This document shows positions 52,225 through 64,000 of a stretch of DNA of 64,000 nucleotides, piece by piece. Position numbers and translations under genes: made by a program. The notes beneath the pieces were generated by a model, which worked only from the letters and a program-made list of their open reading frames with translations, was not told the DNA's origin and did no database searches. Source of the stretch: Octopus vulgaris (lineage: Eukaryota); NCBI GenBank assembly GCA_951406725.2, contig OX597815.1, positions 138,136,001-138,200,000 of the forward strand. Direction: 5' to 3'. The number at the start of each line of letters is the position of its first letter. Within the stretch, counting starts at the first letter, position 1.

Positions 52225-52420
52225 AAAGAGGTAAAGAAGAAAGAGGAATAGAAGAAGCAGGAGTAAAAGAAGAAGGAGGAGAAGAAGGAGGAGGAGGAGG
52301 AAAAGAAGAAGAAGAAGAAGGAGGAGGAGGAGGAGGAGAAGAAGAAGAAGAAGAAGAAGAAGAAGAAGAAGAAGAAGAAGAAGAAGAAGAAGAAGAAGAA
52401 GAAGAAGAAGAAGAAGAGAA
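52225..52420. repeat. (GAA)n/(GGA)n purine triplet repeat
   Basis: Direct reading. Confidence 0.95.
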
Positions 52421-52940
52421 AATGGAAGAGGGTTTATCGCATTCTCATACTGTAATATTGGTTATTGAGTATGAACAGGAAATTGCTTCTGAGTGTCATT
52501 AATAATGACTCTATGAAAATTCCATGTGGACCTGCCTTCACTACAGTTAAAATTAATCTCTAAAATATTTGTTTGAAAGAAAATAGTCAACCGTATTACA
52601 TAAGTCACAGCATTAACAACGAGAACAATAAAAAATATAAAAACCAAATGAGATGAATATCGATGAATAATATGTTTTTTTAAAGAGACGTAACATTACA
52701 TAATTTTGGAGGAGAGTTTCGTCAATTATATCGACATCAGTATTTGAATAGCACTTATTCTATTCTAATAGGATGAGGGAGAAATTCGACCTTAGCAGAA
52801 TTTTATTCCGGAACATAAAAAGACGTAACAAAATGCCACATGATGCTTTGCTTGACGCCTTATCGATTCTGCCAGTTATAATCAGCAAGGTACTGATAAA
52901 AACCGATAGGGAGAGATCTGTTCAATGAATAGTAGTATAT

Positions 52941-53161
52941 TGGTTTCAAATTTTAGCACGGGTCAGCAAGTTTGGAGGAGGATGTAAGTCGATTACATCG
53001 ACACCAGTGCTCAACTGGTACTTATTTTATCGATCCAGAAAGGATAAAAGGCCACGTCGACCTCGGCAGAGTTTGAACTCAGAACGTAAAGGTAGAAAGG
53101 TGGATGAAATGCCGTTAAGCATCTTGCCCGGCGTGATAACGATTCTGCCAGCTCGTCGCCT
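52941..53161 (-). mobile_element. Nin/Deu-domain-like SINE (more decayed relatives at 52.70-52.88 kb and 53.23-53.52 kb)
   Basis: Homologous to 43279-43570. Confidence 0.75.
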
Positions 53162-53744
53162 TTTTAATGGTAGTATATTGATAATATTTGTTTTTATCCT
53201 GAAGAAAAAAAAATGTTGCTATTGTTTCTAATTTAAGTCCGTAATTTTGAGGGGAGAACATCTCTCTATACCATGAAGCTCAGTACTTGACTGACATTTC
53301 ATTTTGTCGACTCTGGAAGGATAAAAAAGGATCTGAACTCAGAATGCATAGAGCCAGAAAAAATACCACAAAACCTTTTTTCCGACTTTCTAGCAGTTCG
53401 CCACCTCAAGAATTTATAGGGGAGATGTTAGCTGATACTATCGATCTTCGCGTTTAGACTGATTCGTTTTATCGATCCCGAAAGAATGGAAATCAAATTT
53501 GAAATCAGCAAGAATCTAAATAGCCGAAAATTATTTATACCGATGCTCCAACTATTACAATAACTTTCGGAAACGCCGTGCAGGAGATAAAACGTCAGTT
53601 GGACAAAGTGAAGTTATGGCTCTTACAGTCTTTTCTTTAAAACAGTTCCTCGTGTAAACAGGTTAGGGTAGTCACTATATAATCATCCCGTAGATAATTT
53701 GACTTACAACAACCATCTCAGTTTCAATTACTTTACCTCTTTTA

Positions 53745-54058
53745 ATTTAGATCTACGTATGATGTAGTTTTAGTTAATAATGTAAAATATGATACTAAAA
53801 TTTTATTACAAACATGTTCAGTTTTTATTTCAATGTCTAGAATAAATATGTCTTTGTTGAAAGAAAACACATATTCGGTGCATTACTTGTTTTTGCTGCA
53901 ATTTCCCTAGCGTTTCTCGTTTACAATTCCCATCTATCTATTATTTTCTATTAACAAAGACATTTTTATTCCAGAGGTTGAAATAAAACTAAACTTGGCT
54001 TCAATAACAGATTTTATGTTATTCAATAGGAAAGCTATATTCACCATAAGTAGACCAA
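53745..54058. repeat. Old inverted repeat (core 53820-53868 / 53945-53995)
   Basis: gtttttatttcaatgtctagaataaatatgtctttgttgaaagaaaa vs ttttctattaacaaagacatttttattccagaggttgaaataaaact. Confidence 0.65.
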
Positions 54059-54708
54059 ATTATAAGTCGCATAATGGACAAAAAACATGAATGGCTCATA
54101 TTCATTTTAAAAGTAACCAATTATGAGGCAATTTTAAGTTTAAGGTTCTGTTTATTAAAAATTGCTGTAATAATCATAATTAGAAAAAAATATAAGATGC
54201 ATTGAACACGTCGACGAGAGAGGTTGATATAAAACACGTATTTGTGGTCAATGTGCAACATATAAAAAAAGTAACAAACAACAAAATTATGCTTATATTT
54301 ATGAAATTGTTCATTATAAGAGATTTAGGAATTTTATCTTAGTGTATATAGTGGATAAAGATAATAAAAAAGAAAGGACAGCTTAATACGTGAATTAGTG
54401 TCACATTAACAGGATGATGGTGACTCGTGTGCTTTCATGTTTCACCTGAAATGTGATGATAATGGAGATATTAAATATTCAAAGGAAGAAGTATTTATGC
54501 TTCGTGTATCTGTTTTTAGCAATGTATTATTGAACACAAGAAAAGTAGATTTCAACTGAAGTTAATTATTTCTGTATACGAATATATATTTATCTTAACA
54601 TCAAACTTGTGAGAGTAAGTAAATGTGATAATCAATGAGAACAACATGGGTGGGTTTCATTTTGTTGCAATACAGTCTGTACTATGCGTAACTGGAGGTA
54701 TATAATAA

Positions 54709-54918
54709 TGGTTTCACATTTTTGCCACAGGGGCAGCTTGGGGTAGGGGAGTAAGTTGATTACACCGACCCCAGTGCGTATCTGGTATTTATTTAATCGA
54801 CCCCGAAAGGATGAAAGGCAAAGTCGATCTCGGCGGAATTTGAACTCAGAACGTAGCGGCAGACGAAACACCGGTAAGCTTTTCGCCCGGCATACTAACG
54901 ATTCTGCCAGATCACCAC
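54709..54918 (-). mobile_element. Nin/Deu-domain-like SINE
   Basis: Homologous to 41829-42043. Confidence 0.8.
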
Positions 54919-55091
54919 ATTTGGAGGTATATAACAACAAGAACAAGAACAACAACAACAACAAAAGTAAAACTCATAGTAGTGGTACAAGCGGCTTTGA
55001 TAAGACACTGGACAGTAATACATCACAAATATAAGTAGTGGTCAATGTAGAAAATATTACAAACCCCATGAAAATATAATAATAATAATAA

Positions 55092-55185
<94 letters not shown>

Positions 55186-55186
<1 letters not shown>

Positions 55187-56015
55187 GTTCTGGATTGAAA
55201 GCAGAGACTGAAGGCTTCATAATGGCAGTACAAGATCAAAGCTTGTTTAGCAGAAATTACCAGGCTAACGTTCTCCGAAACGGTACTGACCCTAAATGCA
55301 GATTCTGCGACACATTTGACGAAACGATAGACCATCTCGTTTGGGGATGTCCTGTGCTGACACCAAACGAATACAAGAATCGCCATGATAGGGTAGGACA
55401 GTATATACATTGGAAGATATGTAAATACTACAAATTCGACACTCCTGCTAACTGGTATGAACACCATCCTCAGCCAGTTGTTGAAAGTAAGGATGTCATC
55501 ATCCTCTGGGATTTTCCAGTCAACACTGACAGAACGATCAAGGCTAATCGACCAGACATAATTGTTAAAGACAGGGAAGAAAATACCTGCAGACTAATAG
55601 AGGTAAGCGTCCCCACTGATAAAAATGTATCTGTAAAGGAATTTGACAAACTTAGTAAATATAAGGACCTGGAAATCGAAATACAAAAGATGTGGAATCT
55701 TAAAACAAAAACTGTTCCTGTTATTGTAGGTGCCCTAGGTATAATAAAAAAGGGATGTCAGAAACACCTAGACAATATCCCTGGAGAACCATGTCTCAAG
55801 GAAATCCAAAAGATTGTGCTAACAAGCACTGCCCACATCCTTAGAAAAACCCTATCAATGTAAATGTTTGTGTTTGTATTACATGGAGATATTTCTCTAC
55901 TTCCCCTCCCAAGCTTTCAGCTATATTTCAACAACTCTTAACCTTCACTTGCCCTAGGGCGCTGGGTGTGCCCCGGCAAGTGATTGCATCAAACATGCAG
56001 ATTAAAAGTAAATGA
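55186..56015 (+). mobile_element. Dong/R4-clade RLE LINE 3' end inserted in (TAA)n
   Basis: ORF 55195-55863: ETEGFIMAVQDQ, CRFC..DETIDHLVWGC (CCHC), RHD, NRPDIIV...IEVSVP...K..KY.DL. 3' UTR stem-loop tcacttgcc..ggcaagtga (55944-55983). (TAA)n on both sides, the known Dong target. Confidence 0.92.
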
Positions 56016-56072
56016 CAATGATAATAATAATAATAATAATAAAAATAATAATAATAATGATAATAATAATAA

Positions 56073-56616
56073 ATGCCATGATGCAGTACCAGGCAGTGGC
56101 TCTCGTGGCTTCTAATCTTAAGTGATCGGAAGTATTATCTTGTACATTGATTCGTCTTGGTATAAAAGATGGGCTACAGCAAATATTCGGCTCAATACCA
56201 CAGATTTGCTTGTCAGTTGTTTGACTTTAACCAGTTGAGCATGACGATATGTGCATCCTTGATCACGAGCAGAAATAGCGGGGGAGCATCACAGCCACGT
56301 GTAGAGAGGGATTCTTTGGGGTTTGAATAATTCACCCCTGGAAACATGAGTGTTTCGTTCTACATCCTTAAACAACCCTTATTCAGGAACCTTTTGAGCG
56401 GAATGGGTTATTCGACCAGAAGAAAATTCTAACTGGGCCCCCACCTGCAAGGTCATGTGCTGTTTATCTTGGTATGAGATCACCATAATGCGCCCATATT
56501 GTTGTGGTTCATGAGCCTAGTGTATCCTTATCAGACGGGTAGTCATGATGGGTATACTGGGCTTCGTGTATTTTACCCCCGTGTCACTTTGATGGCATGC
56601 ACTGCTCTCTCACTCA
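56073..56616. mobile_element. ~545-bp non-coding element flanked by (TAA)n
   Basis: Sharp boundaries with TAA repeats on both sides, higher GC content, no ORF. Confidence 0.55.
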
Positions 56617-57169
56617 ATAATAATAATGATAAAATAATCTTGGGAGTAATCAAATTAAAGATAACAGTATAAAATATAAATAGAACAAAATTAAAATAAA
56701 TAAATAAGATAAGAATAAGTACAATTCACCCCCCTCGTCATCATCATCATCATCATCGTCGTCATCGTCGTCATCGTCGTCGTAATATTTTCTGCATTGG
56801 CCACTACTTACATTTATGATTTATTTATTGTTGTCCGGCGTCTTATCAATGTTTCTTTTATTACTACTATTAGCTATATTATTGTTGTTGTCGTCATTAT
56901 ATCTATCCTTTTACATTATTGTTTTTGTGTGTGTTTGTTATTCTGTTTCCTCCATGTATAAGCAACATCAAATATATATATTATTCGCACAATGCAATGA
57001 GGCACGACTTAATGCTAATAGCAGGAAGTACCGCTTCAACATATTCAACTACACATTTTGCGTAACGTTTCAGACGGAATCATTTACCTGCAATGTGATT
57101 AGATGTGGAATCTAAAGCTTGTTTATTTTTTATGCTTTTTTTAATTAATTATTAGTGTTGCTTAATATG

Positions 57170-57415
57170 TTTTGCTAAAATTGATGTTTCTTTTCAGATA
57201 TCATCAGAAAAAGGTAATTGAAATTCATTAAAATGACAGATCTATCGGACTTTCAAAGAGGTCAAATTGTTGGTGCCCGTGTGGCAGGCGCTAGCGTAAC
57301 GAAAACAACCGAAATGTTTGGTGCATCAACAAGTACTGTCTCGAAAGTAATGACAGCCTTTGAGAAAGAGGGAAAAACCTCCTCGTTGAAACAAAACTCC
57401 GGAAGGAAAAAAAAA
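57170..57415 (+). mobile_element. Tc1 transposase N-terminal fragment
   Basis: MTDLSDFQRGQIVGARVAGASVTKTTEMFGASTSTVSKVM...SGRK. Confidence 0.85.
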
Positions 57416-57417
57416 AT

Positions 57418-57863
57418 GTCTCTCACGTGAAAAAGATGTGAAAACACCCAATTCGTTCAGTGTCGCCATCTCGCGGGTATCTCAGAGATCGATGTTTCGA
57501 GTTTATTGACTCTCGGCGATGAGATGTTTCTAAGAGAAGCAACTCTGGACAAATTAAATAAAGCTTGTAGCTTTATATATAATTCAGCCAACACGTTGCC
57601 TGATTTGCGCTAGTAGATCGCCCGATCAAGTTAATTAACGAAGTAATGGCGCAAAGCAGTGTTTACGTATAATCACAATTTAGGTTAGTTGAAATATGTT
57701 TGTCACATATTTCAAATGCAAAAGGCAAATATACCGCAGTTACCGTGGAGAAAGATCTCTCTTATGGTAAGAAGGTGTGAAAACACCCAGCGAAATATGA
57801 CTAACATATTTCAACAAACCTAAATTGTGATTATACGTAAATACTTCTTGAGCCATTATTTCG

Positions 57864-57866
<3 letters not shown>
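57418..57866. mobile_element. PLE-like segment with an IR (57637-57712 / 57793-57865) and an HHR scaffold (57479-57525 -)
   Basis: Inverted repeat tttacgtataatcacaatttagg / cctaaattgtgattatacgtaaa; direct repeat tgtgaaaacaccca; ends in (TA)n. Confidence 0.55.
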
Positions 57867-57902
<36 letters not shown>

Positions 57903-57907
<5 letters not shown>

Positions 57908-58178
57908 TGCAGCATGGAAGGTGTTTATAAGCCATTTAAGAAACACACAAAAGCCGTTCGATTCACTTCAACATTTAAGTTTAATTTGTCAAAATATTTT
58001 CGTCGCTAAAATCCGCGACCTGTTCACTGACAAAAATCCGTGCTGCATCTGTCAGTGAACAGGTCGCGGATTTTAGCGACGAAAATATTTTGACAAATTA
58101 AACTTAAATGTTGAAGTAAATCGAACGGCTTTGTGTGTTTCTTAAATGGCTTATAAACACCTTCCACGCTGCAATTGT
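57903..58178. mobile_element. Near-perfect palindromic element (130-bp arms, 17-bp spacer) between (TA)n tracts, with a G3-C8 HHR in each arm
   Basis: Arms 57903-58032 / 58050-58178; TGTCA-GTGAACA-G-GTCGC-ggatttta-GCGAC-GAAA-ATAT-TT-TGACA. Confidence 0.85.
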
Positions 58179-58226
58179 TTTCGTTTCAGCATACGATCAA
58201 ATTACTTGCTATGCGAGTACATCTCC

Positions 58227-58288
<62 letters not shown>

Positions 58289-58364
58289 TACATACACACA
58301 TGTGTGTATGGCATTTATATATATATTCTTAATACATGCATCCATACATACATACGTATGTATG

Positions 58365-58813
58365 TCACTATTCAGTTTTATTTCAAGTTTTCTTGCCAAT
58401 AGAGAAAGAGCCTGTATCTAACCGAGATCCAAGGGTACGTCATTGGAATTTTGACAGCATCGACAGAGTATTTTTGTATGTATGTATGTATGTATGTATG
58501 TATGTATGTATGTATGTATATATGTATGTATGTATGCATGCATGTTTGCATTATATACGTATGCATGTAATTACGTATGTATGTATGTATACATGCAGAT
58601 TTGTATGTTTTTTATGTATCTATTTTCATGCATATAGTTGTATATCTAGATATGCTCATATATATTTAAATGATAAACTTCTAGAAAGTTTTACAGATTT
58701 TTACAGTTCCAGTGATGGATTAGATCTGTAGTCTTCGAATCAGCTTTCTCCTGTTTGGTTTTGAGAAGCCTAATTTCTCAAGATTGGTATTTAGGCAGTG
58801 TGTTACATATCCC

Positions 58814-58814
<1 letters not shown>
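58365..58814 (-). mobile_element. R4/Dong-related RLE LINE 3' end A, in (CATA)n
   Basis: Minus strand GYVTHCLNTNLEKLGFSKPNRRKLIRRLQI*SITGTVKICKTF, then a UTR ending AATAAAACTGAATAGTGA-CATAC. Confidence 0.75.
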
Positions 58815-58844
<30 letters not shown>

Positions 58845-58910
58845 TGTATGTATGTATGTATGTATGTATGTATGTATGTATGTATGAATGTATGCATGTA
58901 TGTATGTATG

Positions 58911-59410
58911 TCTCTTCTATTTTTTTAATTATTATAATTCTTACACTCAAGAGGGAGTAGGTTTCCAACAAAGATTCAAGGCTCCATCTTTAGGATGTAG
59001 TTAACACAGACGAATTCACATTTGGAACTTGAGAAAAGTCTTGCATATTTTTACTGTTCCACTCACAGATTGCACTTGTAATGTGCGAATTAGCCGGACT
59101 ATTTTTCTTTGTGAAAATCCCAGCTTATCTAGATTCTTCTTTAAGCATTTACTACCAAAACCTAGTGCTTCAATTATTGGTATGAATATGAATTCATAGT
59201 CTGAATATAGAAGCTGGAGGTTTCGAAGCAGTTGTCCATAAATATCCTCTTTTTCTTTGATTTTCAGAGAGATAGTTATATCCGCAGGGCAGCTGACCTC
59301 TAAGATGTACATACATTTACCTCTTTATCCCAAACAACAATATCCAGCCTGTTATGTTTACATTTGACAGAAGTTTTAATGGGAATATTCCACCAGTATT
59401 CCTTCGTTGA
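58911..59410 (-). mobile_element. R4/Dong-related RLE LINE 3' end B, in (CATA)n
   Basis: EYWWNIPIKTSVKCKHNRLDIVVWD / ILEVSCPAD...K..KEDIY..L...IPIIEALG...SVSGTVKICKTFL. Confidence 0.8.
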
Positions 59411-59745
59411 TGTTTATTAATGTCTAAGTTTATGTACGTATGTACGTACGTACGTAAGTATGTATGTATGTATGTATGTATGTATGTATGTATGTATGTA
59501 TGTATGTATGTATGTATGTATGCATGCATGCATGCATGTATGCATGCATATATGTACGTATGTATATATGAATGTGTATATGTGTATATATGTATGTGTA
59601 TATGTGTATGTGTATGTATATATATATAGGTATATATGTGTGTGTATGCATATATATATATATGTATGTATATGTATGTGTGAGTATGTGTGTGTGTGAG
59701 AGAGAGTGTATGTATATATACATACATACACACACACACACACAT

Positions 59746-59835
<90 letters not shown>

Positions 59836-59970
59836 ATTTGTAAATTTATATATCTAAAATATCGGTCATCCTTGCGCAGGAATAATTATCGCTCCTGGAA
59901 AAGGCGCTGAGAATATTGCAAAAGATCGGTTGAGTACGAAATCGGTAGTATTTTCTGATTGAGATATATA

Positions 59971-61252
59971 CGAGGGACGTTCAGTAAGTAATGCCTCTGA
60001 CCCACTTGTAGTTGTTTGATCTTGCTGAAATTTAGCATGTGCAATTATTGATATCTCTATACATTAAGCAGCTCTGACCTAATTGTGGTTTCTGATTTAC
60101 AGGTGTTTGAACTGAGTCAAGTGTGAAATGGAGCCTGTTGAGTGTCGAGCAGTGATCCGGGTTTTGTATTTGAAAGGACGCACACCACGGGAGACTTTTG
60201 ATGAAATGAAAGTAGCTTATGGTGATGATGCCCCATCATATGACCTTGTAAAACGCTGGCATCGTGAATTCAAACATGGTCGGAACTCTGTGGAAACAGC
60301 CCCCAGATCTGGTCACCCTCCTTCTGCCATTGATGAGACATCTGTCCGTCAAGTTGAGGCTGCCATTTTGGAAGATCGACGCATAACTATTCACCAAATA
60401 GCCCATGAGGTCAAGATTAGTACCGGGTCTGTGGAAACTATCATTCATGACCATTTGCATATGCAAAAGGTGTCTGGCAGATGGATTCCCAGGTTGTTCA
60501 CACCTTTCCAGAAGCAAGAACGCGTCGAGTGCTCGAGGATGAATTTGGAGATGTGCCAAGAAGATGAGTCAAAATTTTTCAAAAGACTGATTGCATAGGA
60601 TAAAACCTGGGTCCATCACTATGATCCAGAGACCAAAACTCAGTCAATGCAGTGGAAGCACCGTGACTCACCTCCTCCAAAGAAGGCAAGGGTGCAGCCC
60701 TCCGCTGGCAAGGTCATGCTCACAGTCTTCTGGGACCAGGACGGAGTAGTGATGACAGATTTCCTGGCAAAGGGTACCACAATTACAGGAGCCTATTATG
60801 CTTCACTTTTGAGGAAATTAAGAGAAGCTATCAAAATCAAGAGGCGGGGCAAGATCAGCAAAGGCATCCTCCTCTTGCAGGACAACGCTCCGGTTCACAA
60901 CTTGATGGTCGCCAGATCAGAAGCACAGGCGTGCAACTATGAACTCCTCCCCCAACCCCCTACTCTCCTGACCTTGCACCCTCGGATTTTCACCTCTTCC
61001 CAGCCATGAAGTTGTTTTTGAAAGGAAAGCGTTTCCCAGATGATGCAGCCTTGATTTCTGAAGTCAGGTCGTGGTTGGAGGACCAAGCTGGGGTCTTCTA
61101 CAAAAACGGTCTCCAGAGCCGCATCAAACGATGGGAGAAATGCGTAACTCTAGGTGGTTCCTATGTAAAAGAAGACTAATAACTGTGCCAAGTGTCGTTG
61201 ATCTACTGCTATGGGAAGTGGATCAGGGGCATTACTTATTGAATGCCCCTCG
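59971..61252 (+). mobile_element. Full-length mariner (DD34D) with TIRs and TA TSD; transposase 60128-61180 carries a stop and a frameshift
   Basis: TIRs cgagggacgttcagtaagtaatgcc / ggcattacttattgaatgcccctcg. Motifs: RWIPR, DKTWVHHYDPETK, QDNAPVH, YSPDLAPSDF. Confidence 0.95.
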
Positions 61253-61717
61253 TATTAATTATAAGTATCAACACATTATATAGTCAAAATTCTCGCTCAA
61301 CCTACGAAATCCTTACTTGTGTTAAAAATTTCTTCGTCAAACCCGAATACACTTGGCCTGAAGAAGACAGAATATAAGAAAATCTTAGTTACGTAATAAA
61401 ATTGAACGGACTCCTAGAAGAAATCATCTATACCAAAAGGTAAAGTGATTTACTTTCATGATGCAAGTTTGTTCACATTTACGTTACATTAGACACATGA
61501 GTTTGATAAAATAGTAGATTAATCGGCAATATTTTGTGCTTTATACCTTTTGGGCTTAATCTGTGCTACTGTCCGTTTCAGTACTCAATTGATTAATTAA
61601 TTGCTTGTCTCATCCTCTCCTTACGGTATAAAATCTAAGAACATAAGTTTTCTCATTCTCTCCTAAGCTCTCTCTCTCTCACACACGCACACATACACAC
61701 ACACTCTCTCTCTCTCT

Positions 61718-61763
<46 letters not shown>

Positions 61764-62649
61764 TGTTGTACATGTGTGTAATGGGAATATATCGTTAGAA
61801 AGATTACAGATATATACTCAAACATACATATATAGATCGTCCTCCGTGTCTCATATATAGCTATTTACACTCATAGATCTACGTAATTAATATAAGTTTT
61901 CCTTTTCTCCCCTATCTCTCTATCTTAGCAAAGGTATATCCACTCGTTGATCATCACAAACTTGCACCTTTCTTTCTTTCTCTTTACCTCTCTCCCTATT
62001 TCTGTCTCTCTCTAATATGCAGGAGGAATCGGTCGACAATCATAGAAAAAAATTCTCGAGACTGAATAAGTGCAGAATTGATATTATTTGTGAGAAGCTT
62101 GTAAATATCGGAAGGGGAGAATCCAAATAATATAATAATGCAGCACTAAAGAGCAACGGTTGCACAAAGACCACAGTTTAGCTAGAGCGCAAGAAACAAG
62201 AATCCATTCGTTCCTATGCTTTCATTAGCATTCTTGACATCATCTTTGGAAACAAACTCAAAAAAGATGAAGATGGAGACACTGATGTGAGTGACAGATG
62301 TTCCCCTGGCTCTACTAACCCACAAAGGAACACAGATGAAACCATGAGTAAGCGACTTGTCAAGGATAGAGACACCAGTACTAATGGCCCTACCACCACC
62401 AAAGTGAATAGCCAAAGAAATGAAAGGGTTAAAACTGGAAACCAAAATCGTCTGAAAATAAACAGGAACAGTAGGATGATGATACAAATAAAAAAGAAGA
62501 AAAAGCAAAAACAACCCTCAAGAAGAACAACCAAAGAAAAAATAAGTTAGACCAAATTTACCAGATTTTAACACTGAAACATTAATTGCTTAACAGTAGT
62601 TAAAAAGAAAACAGACACTGTGACAAGAAAGATCCTAGACAATAGAAAT

Positions 62650-63450
62650 GTAAGAAAAAGAGAATACTCACAAGTGTGTAAATTATATCTGCGCCGTTTC
62701 TGGTGGCATGGAGACGACAGTGCAAACACCGATTCCCATATCCGACTGAGTCACAGCTGCATGAGGCAGGACAAAAACTTCACTCGAAAGGGACGAACAC
62801 ATTAAGAAAGATCCCAAAAGGAAAAAAAGTCGCGCATCATCTGCACCAAAACAAAAATACGATAATGTAGTTTTTCGAGGTTGCACCTATATAAAAATAG
62901 GAATCACTAGAAATAATAGCTTCGAAACCCAAGAAATACCCGGAATGTAAACAGTAGCAGATTAATAGATGCACAAACAAGGGAGCTATCTAGTTCAAGT
63001 ACCATTAGCATAGGTAAAAGTAACAAGGAATGAAATATCTGTAAGTGTGGTAAAAATAAAATTTGTCCCTTAAATACACATTGTATGAGCAAGAACTTAG
63101 TATACCGATGTAGGACCACACCAGGGGGCAATTCTTACTTTTATATAAGTGCAACCTCTACAAACTTCAAATCGATACTGGCAAACCATTTAAGTTCGTC
63201 TAAGGATAAAATTAAGATGCACAACATTAGTTTGAGGAAGTTCATCTGGTCACTTAAGGATAAAATGCTAGCTTTAATATAGAATGGGAAAAACTTAGCA
63301 CAGCTGTACTTTATATAACAAGAGGAAAAAAGGTGTAACTTGAGCAAAAGGAAATTTACCAGATTTTAACATTGAAACATTAATTGCTTAACAGTAGACT
63401 GGAACAGGCTATGATATCTGCCCCTGCATGGGTAAACATTTAAATACTCC
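62650..63450 (+). mobile_element. Decayed Penelope-like GIY-YIG remnant
   Basis: CKCGKNKICPLNTHCMSKNLVYRC...YFYISATSTNFKSILANHLSS...LRKFIWSLKDK / NIEWE...KRCNL. Confidence 0.75.
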
Positions 63451-64000
63451 CATGCAGCTGTTGGATAGTATAGTATCCACTACACAAATGGAGGTGCCTG
63501 AATTTGAGGGGTAAATGTCGGGACAATATCTGGTTTAACTTTTAACTAGGTAGCAGTATTATTACCAGCTTAAAATATCTGTTCTACAAATCATAGCAAC
63601 ACATATAGGACACAATAACTTCTATATAATCTAAAACTCAGTTAACAAGTGCATCTTTCATACGGACATCTTAAGTATATATGACATAATTCCTTCAATT
63701 AATTTAATTAATTTAATTAATTTTCATTCAATCTCTTTTAACACAGATGAAGCTATATTAGAACACTAAGATATACTGTGATCTAATTTAGTGTATAGAA
63801 CTCTTAGTTTTGTCTTGGAACTAAGGTTAACATAAAGTTAGATACAAAGCAAATTTTATATCCATATCAGGTTTCAACTTCTCCCCTTCACATTTCCTTT
63901 TGTATCTTAAGCCATAGTAAAATAAAGAAATATGCTAGCTACACATGAATAAATTCCTGCAGCAGAAACACGCGTCGGCCATTTAAACTAATTATGTTGC

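Noticed and set aside
52218-52502. Poly-Glu/Gly ORF
   Set aside because: Pure GAA/GGA repeat with no flanking coding signal.
55023-55467. Poly-Leu and poly-Ile/Thr ORFs on the minus strand
   Set aside because: (TAA)n/(TAG)n repeats antisense to the Dong ORF.
59895-59955. CTGAGAA...GAGTAC-GAAA-TCGG-TA as an HHR
   Set aside because: Stems I and II pair poorly; possibly decayed but not supportable from one copy.
63738-63835. CAGATGA...GGAAC-TAAG as the HHR of the 63-kb PLE
   Set aside because: The position is plausible, but both core halves are mutated and the cleavage site is unclear.

Overview
Gene-free, AT-rich eukaryotic DNA dense in microsatellites. The SINE families and repeat landscape point to an octopus/cephalopod genome (inference). 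No host protein-coding exon could be supported, and almost all ORFs in the track are translations of (TA)n/(CA)n/(CATA)n tracts. The window is a patchwork of decayed transposons: tRNA-derived SINEs, Tc1/mariner and DD37D maT elements, CR1/RTE LINE fragments, RLE-type LINE 3' ends (Dong/R4, Hero), non-autonomous Helitron-like elements, and at least five Penelope-like element (PLE) GIY-YIG remnants. The main hidden signal is about 17 minimal type-I hammerhead ribozyme (HHR) motifs from roughly 10 unrelated sequence families, most next to (TA)n tracts. They include all three Watson-Crick variants of the core 3-8 pair (C3-G8, G3-C8, U3-A8), cores with an extra nucleotide after A9, an A6U family, and forms with a long stem II. 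They sit downstream of PLE endonucleases, in ORF-less palindromic hairpin elements, and once per unit in a ~458-bp head-to-tail repeat that resembles a retrozyme. All alignments and pairings were read by eye and need computational and experimental confirmation.
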